This document shows, in pieces, positions 1 to 11,468 of a DNA stretch of 64,000 nucleotides. The stretch is from positions 620,001 through 684,000 of the forward strand of contig NEEC01000017.1 of the NCBI GenBank assembly GCA_002189035.1, read 5' to 3'. A program made the translations under genes and the position numbers. The notes below the pieces were generated by a model. It had not been told where the DNA came from. It searched no databases and saw only the letters and a list, made by a program, of their open reading frames with translations. Origin of the DNA: Utricularia gibba. Its lineage: Eukaryota > Plantae > Magnoliophyta. The stretch's first letter is position 1. Each line of letters begins with the position of its first letter.

Positions 1-2650
1 GTGCTAGGCGGCAATGGTGGGGCCAGATTTCTGGACCGGCGGGTGAATGACGATGAACTTGGCGGACTTCATTCCAAATGCGACGGAGTCAACAGCAATC
101 GCAGTCGATTTAGTAAAATTATGTATTTTACTAACTTAATACAAGAAGATGTATTTTGCAAACAAAAAATGCAAAAAGATGTATATCACCAACTCAGCCG
201 TCAGACTAATCCGCAGTCTTGCAATTTTCACCTCTAAAGAAAGTCAATGCCGACTTTGGGTCTCTCAACCATTTTAATCATCAACTAATTTCTCATTAAT
301 ATCTGATAAACTACCATCTAATTCATCAAATTGTACAATCAATAAGTTTAGAAAAGCAACAAAAATCTTCTCCGAAAAATAGTCTACTCCCCAACAAACC
401 TCAAATAAAAAAAAAATCATTTTTTCTTATATAAACAAGTTTTTAAAAATGGTCTCTCTCAAACGGACAACGCTTACAAGGGTTTTTTTAGTTGGTTGAA
501 TTAGATTTTCTTATACTTAAATTATCTGGATTTGTCTAAACCCAAACATATAGGTGTAAAAATATCCATACTACCTTTATGTAAATATATACCCATATAT
601 AAGCATATTATATGAGTATAATTATACAAAATAACTTTCATATCAAACAAGCCCTAAGTCTCATGAAAATAACTGGATGTTGTCTAATCGTGTGTACCCT
701 TGGGGGCCGTACCCGTACTGAGTTCAAACCAGAGAGTCAAAATTTCGTGTTCTAGCGTTGACAAAAAATGCCATGAGTGTAGCTTGGTCAACTGAGACAA
801 GAGAAAGAGTTGACATATCCTACTTTGTCCAAGTTTCATACTTGCTCCAATGGTGAACATTAGTTCATATCATCCAATCAAACCCCAAAGAATAGGTTGT
901 GGGACCAGTTTGATTTGGAGCCAATCGATTCATAGGAATTACACTTCTATCGTTGTTATCATTTTGATTATGATTCAAAATTGAAGTCCTGATGTTGCAA
1001 AACGAATTCTCATTGTTTTGTGTTGAATCCATTATAAAATGAGTCCATCCATTATATTATGAAAATTTAAAATAATTACCTAAATTTCATTTCTTTTATT
1101 ATTTTTTTTATAAAAATTATTAAATCAAACAAAAAATCATGTATTAGAATCAGATCGAATCTAATGCAGGGTTTTAAAATAATGTACATATTTATCTTGG
1201 GGATTGAGCAAAATATTCTACTATACAAAAGCGGCTTTTTAAATACCAAATTTTTCAGAAGCATTTGATCAATACTTTATTTTTTTTATTTGTTAAGCAC
1301 TTTTTATTTAAATGAGAGAAAAATAAAAAAATACATTAATTTGATATGATGAATGTAAGTGAGAACGTAAGTTGTAGTCGATAAGTTCGACTACAAATAT
1401 TACTTCTGGATCAAAAATCGTAAAAGTGAGGATGAATTTTATATAAAGAATAAAAGAATATATAAAAAAACGAAGAAAATGCCTAAAAGTTGAGTTTAAA
1501 ATTATCTGAGGGATACAGAAATTTTATAGATGAGTTTTATGAGAGAATGTGGTATATAGCGGTTACCAGTGGTGGTTAACTTTTTTTTTTTTAATTTGTT
1601 TAATATTTTGATTATATCTAATTGCTAGTGTGTTTTTTTAATTATTATTTTTAATATTATTAAATGATTAGTACATATTAACCATGCCCCACATCCATAT
1701 GTTGTTATTAAGGGTATGGGTTGGCTCCAACTCATGCTCTTATTTTTTTTCTACCTATCATATATGTATGGGTTATCCTTCCATAACCTATGCTCTTATA
1801 ATCTTATTAAAGTCATGATTAATCATAATTAACATTCATAAGTTATTTTTTATTTATCTTAAATAGGATTATGGTAAAATAGGTTATATCATTAATTATT
1901 TATAATATTAAATAAATTTAATAATTATTTACATGTACAAAATATTTATACAGTTAATTATATTAAAATATATTATAATTTCTGGAAAAATTATATTTTT
2001 TCTTCTACAAAAAATATTTTTATCAAAAAAAAATGGAGTTCATAAATATAATTTTTGTACACTAAAATAAAATAAATATTCTATAAAAATAATTATTTTT
2101 AAAAAATAGTATATTCTAAAAAATTTTATAGAATAAGATTATTTTGTTAATAAAATAACAAAAAAATATTCCACTAAGAAATAACAAAAAATAATTTTTC
2201 TAGGAAGGCATCAACAAATCACCAATGTGTCGTTGATATTGTGTACAGGAGATTGATGTTATTCTTATTTGATTGTATATTATAAAGTTGATCATCTTCA
2301 ACCTTAAATTTTAGTTATATTGTTTGAATAAATAAAGACAACTTGTGTACAAAAAGGACAGCTCCAATAAGCCATTAGATTGGGAAGAAGGCATCTTTCA
2401 CCATCAACAACCATAGCCTACAAACTCCATGTGCACCACATGAGCAATTACATAAAAAATTAATCATTTTTATTTTCTTTTTAATAAGAGTGCAATAATA
2501 AAATTGGAAATTGGGTTTAATTTCTGCTTTTTTTAAATAATTGGTCTAATTAAGGAACACAACCCCATAAAATCATACGTACAAAATATATTTGTGCATA
2601 TAGAAGCAACATTATTCATGGAAATATTTGGGCGGAGGGGGTTACTAAAA

Positions 2651-3403
2651 TTAGTGCTTGCGGTTCTTGGATCCGATCCCGATGCCGCGCCCGACTCCGG
2701 TCCCGGATCCGATCCCCATTCCGAACCCGAAACCCAGTCCGAAGCCTCCCTTTCCGAATCCAGGTATGTCCCCGAGCCCTCCGAAGTCCCCCGTGTAACC
2801 TTTCGTTTTGCCTCCTCCTCCACCGCCGCCGCCGCCGCCTACTGCACCCTTGCCGTTCCCCAGTGTAGCTCCTCCGAACCCGAATCCGCTTCCGCTACCT
2901 GAACCGACACCACCACCACCGCCCCCGCCACCGCCTTCAGCAACTCCATCTCCTACTATCTTACCGAACCCGGATCCACCTCCGAACCCGGATCCATCTC
3001 CGAACCCGACATCGCCTAACCCGCCCAGATCACCGAGTGCTCCTAGAGCACCTCCATTGTTAGCATTGCCTCCGCCGCCGCCGCCACCGCCGCCTGCACC
3101 CTTGCCGTTACCCAATGTGGCACCGCCGAACCCGAATCCACTCCCATGGCCTCCGCCTACACCACCACCGCCACCGGCGCCACCACCTTCTGCAACGCCG
3201 CCGTCTCCTACTATTTTCCCGAACCCGGCACCGCCTCCGAATCCGGAAGACTGGGGTTTACTCCATGCGCCGCCTCCACGGCGGCCCAAGCATGGTTTAG
3301 CACCCCTACAGCCCCTTTTCCTGGATTCATTCCCCAAACACGGAACGCTCATGTTTAGCATCAAGAGAAAACACGTACACAATACCCATTTCCTCATCAG
3401 CAT
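2651..3403 (-). CDS. Secreted glycine-rich cell-wall structural protein (single exon, ~250 aa)
   Basis: The ORF track start at 3433 is a GTG; the first ATG is at 3403 (MLMRKWVLCTCFLLMLNMSVPCLG, signal-peptide-like). Gly-rich body with an internal ~85-aa duplication, a TATA-like TTTTATAA upstream near 3455-3462 and an AT-rich 3' region. Confidence 0.8.
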   Translation of the reverse strand: MLMRKWVLCTCFLLMLNMSVPCLGNESRKRGCRGAKPCLGRRGGGAWSKPQSSGFGGGAGFGKIVGDGGVAEGGGAGGGGGVGGGHGSGFGFGGATLGNGKGAGGGGGGGGGNANNGGALGALGDLGGLGDVGFGDGSGFGGGSGFGKIVGDGVAEGGGGGGGGGVGSGSGSGFGFGGATLGNGKGAVGGGGGGGGGGKTKGYTGDFGGLGDIPGFGKGGFGLGFGFGMGIGSGTGVGRGIGIGSKNRKH

Positions 3404-4024
3404 CACAAAATCCAAGTACCTCAATCCACTCACTCCCCCTCAGAGCACCTTCAGCTTATAAAAGAAGATGATGGATGACATACGAGAGTGGCACAAGCAT
3501 TAACTGTCCCCAAAGTAGGAAAATGCAATAACTCCATCACACCCCGGACACTGAACTGAACTCATCTGTAAAATGTTCAGTCCGACACCGACTATCCAGT
3601 TAAAGGAGATATATCCTGTTGAGGAACGTTAAAAGTGACCAAATTTAGGTACCCAAGATCAGCGCCTATGACATCCACAGTGGCACTGCAAAGCACTTGT
3701 ATTTTGGATGTCCATTGGGATTATAATCTGGATCGGTAATCCGTAAGCTGGTCGCCGCATTCACCTACATGTAACCCGTAACCCCGCCGTGAATGTAGAT
3801 GAATTGCCATGGCCGAGAGGATAGATCAACGGCCACCGACGCATTGATTAGAGTAGATGAGGACTGCCTTCAACCGCAACTTTCACTTCACCTATTGATT
3901 ACTGGATGCCCGATGGTGGACCTGGTCGGCGGGGGCTACACGTCAGCAGCGGCCCAAGCCCACTAGAATTCTTACATCCGGCTTATCGGGGACTGACGTT
4001 CCATTTTCATCTGCCGTCTGTCTC

Positions 4025-4876
4025 ATGGAGGGGAATTCCTTCGATCCCGTACAGTCAGAGCCGTGTTTCTTCGTTCTACGATGTTCAGTTCCCCTTCCTG
4101 TGGAAGTGAATTGGTTTATCTGTCTTTGGAACAGGAATTGATTCGTGCGATTTTCAGGCTTGTTTGGCGGAAGCAGGCGGCAGGTACGGGTGCTGTCTTC
4201 TTCTTCTTCTTCTTCTTTTTTTCAATTAAAATGTACCGTGTATTATGTTTTCTTCCGGTTGGTAGAGCGGGAAAAGAATCAGTTGCCGGAGCCTGAACCC
4301 GAGGTTGGTTTTGCTTACACGGCATTGAGCAGTGTCTTCTGGTTCAATTTACGAGCAACTGTTATTGATATTAACTGGAAGTCTTTGAACATTTCAAATT
4401 TGGTTACCCTTAGGCAGGAGGAAGCACTTCTAAGAGGAGTAGGCTAACTTTTGGTAAGAAATTATGCTATGCTTAGCAGGCACCGCTGTCCTTCATTTAT
4501 GAGGGCCTTTTTCAAACCCGTTTTTGGATGTTCTTTAACCTTACCTCAGGAGTATCTGTTTGGAATTTCTCTTTTTGCGTTTGGTGGTCATTGAATCACA
4601 TACTCTTAAAGTTAGCTGATCAATGTGTATTTTCACATGGTTTTCAGCCAATGCAAATGCACTGAAACTAAGCTGCGAACTCCTCCGACTCTTTGTGACA
4701 GGTTTGGCACTTCAATCTCTTCATGCTGAGGTTTGGAAGTCTTGCATTTCATCCGTTTTTTTCATAATGCAGAAGGTATTCAGCGTGCTTGCATTATTGC
4801 TGAAGCTGAAGGTTCATCCACAATTGAAGCTACACATCTAGAAAGGGCCCTTCCGCAGTTACTCTTGGACTTCTGA
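4025..4876 (+). CDS. MHF2: Centromere protein X / MHF2 histone-fold protein, 6 exons (4025-4048, 4135-4183, 4266-4303, 4414-4453, 4648-4701, 4773-4876)
   Basis: Hand-spliced with consistent phases and GT-AG sites: MEGNSFDPELIRAIFRLVWRKQAA...ANANALKLSCELLRLFVTEGIQRACIIAEAEGSSTIEATHLERALPQLLLDF*, matching the plant MHF2/CENP-X signature. Confidence 0.92.
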
Positions 4877-5318
4877 ACTAGATGGGACATTGGATTATTG
4901 AATACACAACCATCAAGGCTTTTAACAATTGAAGAATGCAGATAAAGACGAGGATTGCCAGACAAACGCAAGCTCTTTTGCTCATTGTGTCTTGGTGTTT
5001 TATCCTATATTTGCTTAGATTATTTCTTGTGTTCTCTTCAAGATTGAAGTTCATAAATCGTTAGAATTCTAGATTCCTCCGTGCTAAGCATACATCTTAC
5101 TGATAATTTCTGACTAAGTACAAAACACGCACAGCAGAAACTTGTATATTGGTTTTTTTTATCATGTTGCAGCTAGAATCATGGCTTAAGAACTGAAGAC
5201 TTCAGAAGTGATCGCATTGGATACTCAGAGAACAGGACTTCAAGAACACTGTGTTCATTTTTTGAATCCCGAATGAATCAACGGCCTGTGAGCGTCACTT
5301 GCATACTGCTATCCATTC

Positions 5319-7102
5319 CTAATGCTGTATCTGATGCATCATGCACCTGACGTCTGTGCTATTAGGCCTCTCTTTGGGATCATTCAGAGTGCAGAAGAAT
5401 GCAACTTTGAGAACCAAGAGCATCTGCTCCTCATATCCATTGCCTAGGAGCCTTGAGTCTATTACTCTCTTTGGGTCCTCCGAGGTCAAGCCATTTCTCA
5501 CCCATCCCACTAGACCTACCCCATCAGTGTAGAAGAAGAACTCATCTGATGGAAACTTCCCAGTGACAAGAACAGCAAGCAGTACACCGAAGCTGTAGAT
5601 ATCACACTTGTCTGTGAATTTGGATGTTTGGTAGTACTCTGGTGCAATGTATCCCACAGTACCAGCTACCTTGGAGGTTGAAGCATGGCTGTTGGCATCA
5701 GGAAGAGCTTTCGCATACCCAAAATCAGTAATCTTGGCCTCCATATTATCATCCAGGAGGACATTTCCAGGCTTCAGGTCTCTATGAATTATGCGAGGAC
5801 TGTTCTTGTGGAGATACTCAAGGCCTCTGGCAATGCCTAGTCCTACCTTGTAACGTTGCAGCCATGGAAACTCCTTTTGACCTTGTTGCAAGTAATCTTG
5901 TAAGCTGCCATTCTTCATGTACTCGAACACCAGGTAATGGCAACCTGGTAAGGGAACATACGCTAGCAGGGGAAGCAAGTTTGGGTGCCTCATCATTCCC
6001 ATAGTCCGAATTTCAGATCTTATTTGTCGCAGTTTCTTGTTTATGAGCTTGCTGTTTTCTTCAGCAATTTCTCCTAAATCTCCGGGGCGCTGAGTTATCT
6101 TCTTGATAGCAATTTCGATCCTATCATTTCCAGGCAAAGTAGCTTTATAAACTTCACCACAGGCCCCTCTGCCAATCATTTGAAGAGATACTAAAGCTTC
6201 TTCTCTTTCCAGGAAAGCCAATTCCTCCGGATTTCTGATCTTGGTACTAAAGATTTTCAAGCTTGTATCTATTTTTTGATGTTCCTTGGCCGACTGCACA
6301 AGCAGCTGCAATATCAAGCATAGTACGAATCCTGTTCCACTCCCTATCAAAATCCCAGTTGAAAACCTTAGAAACCATTGGAACACCTTCTTCTTGCTAT
6401 TTCCATTGCCTTTTTGGCCCTGAGAAGTCTCAGAGAAGACATATCTTCTCACTGAGGTATCCACCCATGGCTCAGTACGCAACGGATTTGGCGACACATC
6501 TTGGACCAAACTGTTACCCGAGACATCTATGAATCTGAGATTTGGAGATAATCTCAGTGATCCAGGAAGCTTTCCTGCAAACAGATTATCAGCAAGATTG
6601 AGCTTTTCGAGGTTGTGGAGGGATCCCAGAAACGCCAAGCCTCCTTCAAGCATGTTGTGGGACAAATCAAGGACACGAAGTTGTGCCAAGGACCCAATCT
6701 CAGGCGGGATTTGTCCCGATAATCTGTTGTTGGTGAGATTCAAGACTCGGAGCTTTGTGCATCCATGATTTGAGGAGGTATTTTTCCCAGAAGCTGGTTA
6801 TTAGGCAAACAGAGCTGTGTGAGCTCTGAGAGCTGTCCAATGGCGGGGGACAGCCTCCCCTCGAGCTGCCGCCCTTCGAACACAAGACCCGTGACTCTAA
6901 GGACACGGGACTCGTTGACAGAAAGCTGGTCGCAGAATACCCCTGGCGCGTGACAGAGATCTCTCTCCGGCCAGAGGCGGCCGGCAAATTCGCGGCGTAT
7001 GCGGCGGAGTGCCTCATGATCGTCGAATACTGACTGTGCAAAGAGACAAGAAAATGAGACGAAGAAGAAGAGGAGGAAGGAGGAGGACAATCGGGGAGCC
7101 AT
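5319..7102 (-). CDS. SOBIR1: LRR receptor-like kinase SOBIR1/EVERSHED (single exon), interrupted by a -1 frameshift at ~6761
   Basis: Signal peptide, 5 LRRs, GxxxG-containing TM, and kinase HRDLKPGN...VAGTVGYIAPEYYQTSKFTDKCDIYSFG...EQMLLVLKVAFFCTLNDPKERPNS. Two ORFs (6740-7102, 5319-6743) join if GAT GCA CAA is read as GAT (T)GC ACA AAG CTC. Confidence 0.9.
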
Positions 7103-7172
7103 GATCGGAGGATATGAGAGCCGCCGAATGTGGACGCAATCGATTAACTAGCGCACGGTGGTCGGCTGCCTG

Positions 7173-7351
7173 TTGACTTTGATCGTTGACTATGGAAATT
7201 CCCAAAATGCCCTCTCCTCTTTCCCCAATCCCCATCCCCCTTAGTGGTAGTCTGGCCCACGTTGAAATTTGAGTGCCCTAGCAACTGACCCCCGTTTTCC
7301 TTTTCCCAAATTAGAATCAATATTATAATCGGATTTTAATTCCTTAGTCAA
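7173..7351. promoter_or_regulatory. Cluster of three W-boxes (TTGACT) upstream of SOBIR1
   Basis: TTGACT at 7173-7178 and 7186-7191 and AGTCAA at 7346-7351, all within 250 bp of the SOBIR1 ATG. Confidence 0.5.
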
Positions 7352-8363
7352 CAATTTGCTGTCCGGGCGTGGGGACAGCCGTGAACAACGATTCCATTCA
7401 ACCTAGTGTGGATAATAAGAATACTATTGATTATTAATTATTAAATTAAAAATTAATAAAAAAATAAAAAATAATGGACATAACTACATATCATAAAATT
7501 AAAAACAATTTGAATTTGTAAAAAAATAAACAAAAAAAATTGATTGGTTTTTATCAAATTACCAACCCTATAAATCAAATCTGAAGGAAAAAAAAGCTTT
7601 ACACTCTTAGGCCATGTTTGATTCAAAGTAAAGGAATAAATTGGTTTAGTTTATTAAGGATTATGCATAGATTTATTGAAAGTAAACATTTTTACTCATC
7701 TTCCCCTTAGAATTTATTTTTTTCCTCATGCAAATTAAATCCCATATTTTTGTTTTTTCCATGAATTTGATAAACATTTGTACCAAACATACAAAATATA
7801 ATCTATATTATTCGAATCTATCCAAACTGATTAATTATATTTTTCAAGATTAAATTAATAGAAATAAAAGAAAACCAATTTAATTTTTTATTGATGATGA
7901 TGGATAAATTGAGATTTAAGATCAAAATTAAACAATAATAATAATAGTAATAAGGTAATAAAAAAAGGTATAAAATTCAAAATGAATGAATATAATTTTT
8001 GATTAATCTTGCTTGCGCATCAAGATTCTAAGTATAAGATCATGCTCAAAGAATGATGACATCACCTTAGTCTAACCTCACATATTGGCCACAAATGAAA
8101 AAAAAAGCAGAATAATTGTATACATCTTGAATAAAGTATTTTTCCAAATACGTTTGTTTTTGATAAAAATTGATAATAAAAAATAAAAATAATATAAAAT
8201 CATAAAAATTGAATATATATTATTATAATTAGAATCATACAACGACCAATCAGTGATCTTCAACTACACAGCTTTTTTAATGCAATGATTCAGGAACTTA
8301 ACAGTTGCGCAACAACTGGCATACATTTTACATAAAAAACAGAGAGTGAGTATATTGGGGGTA

Positions 8364-11225
8364 TCATCTTCCCGACATGAGATTCAGGAGGCCCTGGTTT
8401 CCATAGAAAGCTCCGGCGTCCCAGTCGTCTGTGGACGACGAAAGAGTCATCAAGGAGACGACGATGGAGCGCATGGTAGGCCTTCGTTGAGGATCTGCGT
8501 CAGTGCAAGCTTTGGCAAGCTGCGCCATCTGCAGAAGCTCACTCAGATTCAGTGCCAGTTGCAACTCTGATGATAAACCAAAGCACCCATGTTTATATTG
8601 TATGGATTCAGCCTTCTTACCTTCTGGACCGAGTCGAAGGGATAGTTGTCTCCGAGTCTTGGATCGACGAGTTTCTGGAGCTCATGGATGGGATCCGGCA
8701 AGCTCAGAGCTTCATCAAACTGCCCATGAATGTCAAGAGGTTGTTAACTGATGTAAACTGAGTTGTGTGGCTTCTGCTGCAACCGGAGGAGAGCTTACCA
8801 AGGCGACCAGCCCCCGTGAATCGTTCACTGAATCATTTGTCTTAACTATGGCTTCCTTGGCTGAAATCAGCTCGTACAAAACGACACCAAACGCATACAC
8901 ATCTACTTTAGGAGTGATATCACCAAACTGTGCGTATCTGCAAGCAGAATGGTGATGAATGAAGTGGAATATCTATTCCAACACAGTGGTGCATTAGGGG
9001 ACTTACTCTGGAGGCATGTAACCAAAAGTGCCCTGGAGGTTATGAGAGGGCAACGTACTGTTTCCAATATCTGTTAGTTTGGTCAAGCCGAAGTCCGCAA
9101 CCTTCAAAGGACAAGAGCAGTTGAGTTTTCAAACAAGCCCTCATGAACAAAAACGCTGTAAGAAACTTGTAGGACAACCTTTCCATGAAAGTTGTTATCG
9201 ATCAATATGTTTGCAGGTTTGATGTCACGGTGAACATAAACTGGGACTGTGTGTTCATGTATGTATTCAAGCCCTCTTGCTGAATCAAGAGCAATTTGTA
9301 CCCTGGCAGACCAGGAAAGTGGTTCCTTACTTCCTGTACAAGAAGATTGTGTAACAGAGATTAATTCTTTTCCTTCAAGAAAAAAAATGAGAAAGTAGAG
9401 CAGTGTCTCAACCTCTAAGATGTTGACTTAGGTTCCCGTTTTCTATGTACTCATAAACAACAAAAAGAGAGCCTTCAACACAATATCCTATCAAGCGTAC
9501 CTATGCAACAATGGGTTCACATTTTAGCAAGCAAGAAGATAAGCTGTGACAATGGAATGGGAAGGCAATGATCAACAATCAGAACCAAACCAAATCAGCC
9601 TGAAATCAAGCTTAGTCCAATACCAGGTTGCGGTGGTGAACATGTGTCAGAACCTTCAGTTCAGCAAGGAAAGCTTTACTAGCTGCCATGTCCATTTTCT
9701 TAATAGCTGCTTTCTGCACAGTACACCGCATAACAGGATTTTGTATAAATCAGGGACATCCCTTAGAAATACAGTTCTAGATCAATATCTCGCAAAGGAT
9801 AACTATCTAATATGAATTGCTTGCAGTTGAGGCGGAGATTAACTTGCCTCGCCTCTGAGCACAGCATAGTAGACTGCACCAAACCCTCCTTGACCAATCT
9901 TCTGTTCAATACTGAAATCGTTGGTCGCAGTTGCCAACTCTTCGTATGGAAACTCCAAAGATTTTTGAAGAGGAAAGCCTCTGATACCAGGTTCTGATCC
10001 CCCTCGAGCACCTAAGGAATCTGGTGCACTGGAGTAAGTGCCTCCACCACCTACTCAAGTGAAAAGAGAGAATTCACAGGGATTGAATCCAATAAAAGTG
10101 GGATGAACAGAGGCAAAATTTGAAATACACTTGAAACTTACCCTGCGAATGTTGGAGTAACTGCTGTTCCTTGTTATCTGGTTGAGGATGCTTGGATCGC
10201 TTTCTCCTTTGCATCCATACAAACAAACAACCTAAAACAAAAACCATTCCAGCTACAACAGCAACCGATATTCCTGCTATTGCTCCTGGTGATAACCCTG
10301 AAACTGTTCATTGTAGGGGAATGCTTAAACACCAAGAGTTGGGGTGCTGACAACAGTATGCACAAAGGATCATACCTCCTCTGCAAGCGAAGAAGAAAAA
10401 GAAATTGTGAGACAAGCATTATGATTCATCATATCTATAATGAGATAGAGAAAAAAGATCAGGAAAAGGAAGAAGTACCTGTTCAGAGACGGAAAAGTTC
10501 CAGTTTGATCTACAGAAACCAGAAATTTCAGCATCAGATTACACTCACGGTCGATGAAACAAACCCCATAAAAGAAAAAACCAAGACTCACCTCTTCCAG
10601 GAATGAACACCACCCCTGCTCCGGCGCTGATATTCAGAGTTGGATTATAACTCCTCACCAGAGCAGCGGTAAAATTATTCGCCGCCGCTACTGATTGTAA
10701 GGTGTCCCCTGGCCGCAACGTATACGTTATGAATAACCCATAATCCCTAGAGACGGACGGGTCTCCACAGCTACAATTCACGGTCACATTCAAAGAAACG
10801 CCGGTGTCCGGAATCCTGGAAGCCTCGTAGGTATTATACATCATCATCGCCTCTACAGTCGTCAAGTTGGAGTAGTAAGTCTGGGCGATTGAGGTGTAAG
10901 TGACCCCAGTAAAAGTCGAGAAATTGAAGACATGGCCGAGGAACTGCCCGCCGATGCAACCACACGGAAAGGGAACGTTGATGCGGGAATCAGCAAGGAT
11001 GAGGTCCTGGTTAGTGATTTGGGGGTTGTAGCGGAGGATTGTGGAGATGGGTACGGACATCATCCGAGAGATGAAGGTAAGATTTGTTCCTGGCCAAACA
11101 TAATAAGAAGCCAGAGCACGGTTGCAGCGGCGGAGGCATCCTCCTCCCTGGCCTTGGGCGGCGGCACCCCGGAGCAATAATCCCAAAAATACTGCTGCAA
11201 AAGCTTCGATCAAGAGCTTCCTCAT
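8364..11225 (-). CDS. CERK1: LysM receptor-like kinase, CERK1/LYK type I, 12 exons, intact RD kinase
   Basis: ATG at 11225 ([24 protein letters not shown]). Three LysM domains separated by CxC motifs (CGC, CSC), a TM, then [46 protein letters not shown], and C-terminus LMSGR*. All 12 exons splice in phase, including a 5-nt exon (10376-10380) and a GC donor (9846-9847). Exact orthology within the CERK1/LYK clade is not determined. Confidence 0.9.
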
Positions 11226-11345
11226 CGTGATCACCTGGTCATCAAAACGGCAAACGTCTTTGATTTATGCATCCCGAGGTTTGAAAAAAGTAGACTTTGT
11301 CTATGGCGGCCGCAAGTGCCTCTAATCCTCACGGTGAATAGAACA

Positions 11346-11405
11346 AGTCAAACGTTGTTTAATCACAGCTGGTTCTGTAAGGTAGGACATTCTGCAACCA
11401 GTCAA
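11346..11405. promoter_or_regulatory. Two W-boxes in the short LYK upstream region
   Basis: AGTCAA at 11346-11351 and 11400-11405, in the 243-bp interval between the CruP stop and the LYK ATG. Confidence 0.4.
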
Positions 11406-11468
11406 ATATACACATCCCAACTTAATACTTCGTCTTCAGCCTTCAAGGCAATGATACAGACTCCAAAA

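Noticed and set aside
1-420. 78-aa ORF and possible transposon terminus at the window edge
   Set aside because: GTG start, no recognisable domain, and no partner terminus visible; there is not enough evidence to call it.
2808-3461. 217-aa proline-rich ORF on the plus strand (extensin-like)
   Set aside because: It is the antisense shadow of the GGN-rich glycine-rich gene. It starts at TTG and has no signal peptide, whereas the minus ORF has a signal peptide, an upstream TATA and a 3' UTR.
3757-3807. Short hairpin (GCATTCACCTACAT / ATGTAGATGAATTGC) in the GRP/MHF2 intergenic region
   Set aside because: The ~14-bp imperfect stem is too short for a miRNA precursor, and there is no CTRR end for a Helitron.
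7610-7792. Tourist-like MITE start (TTA|GGCCATGTTTGA)
   Set aside because: The right end matches only CAAACAT with no target-site duplication; too weak to list.
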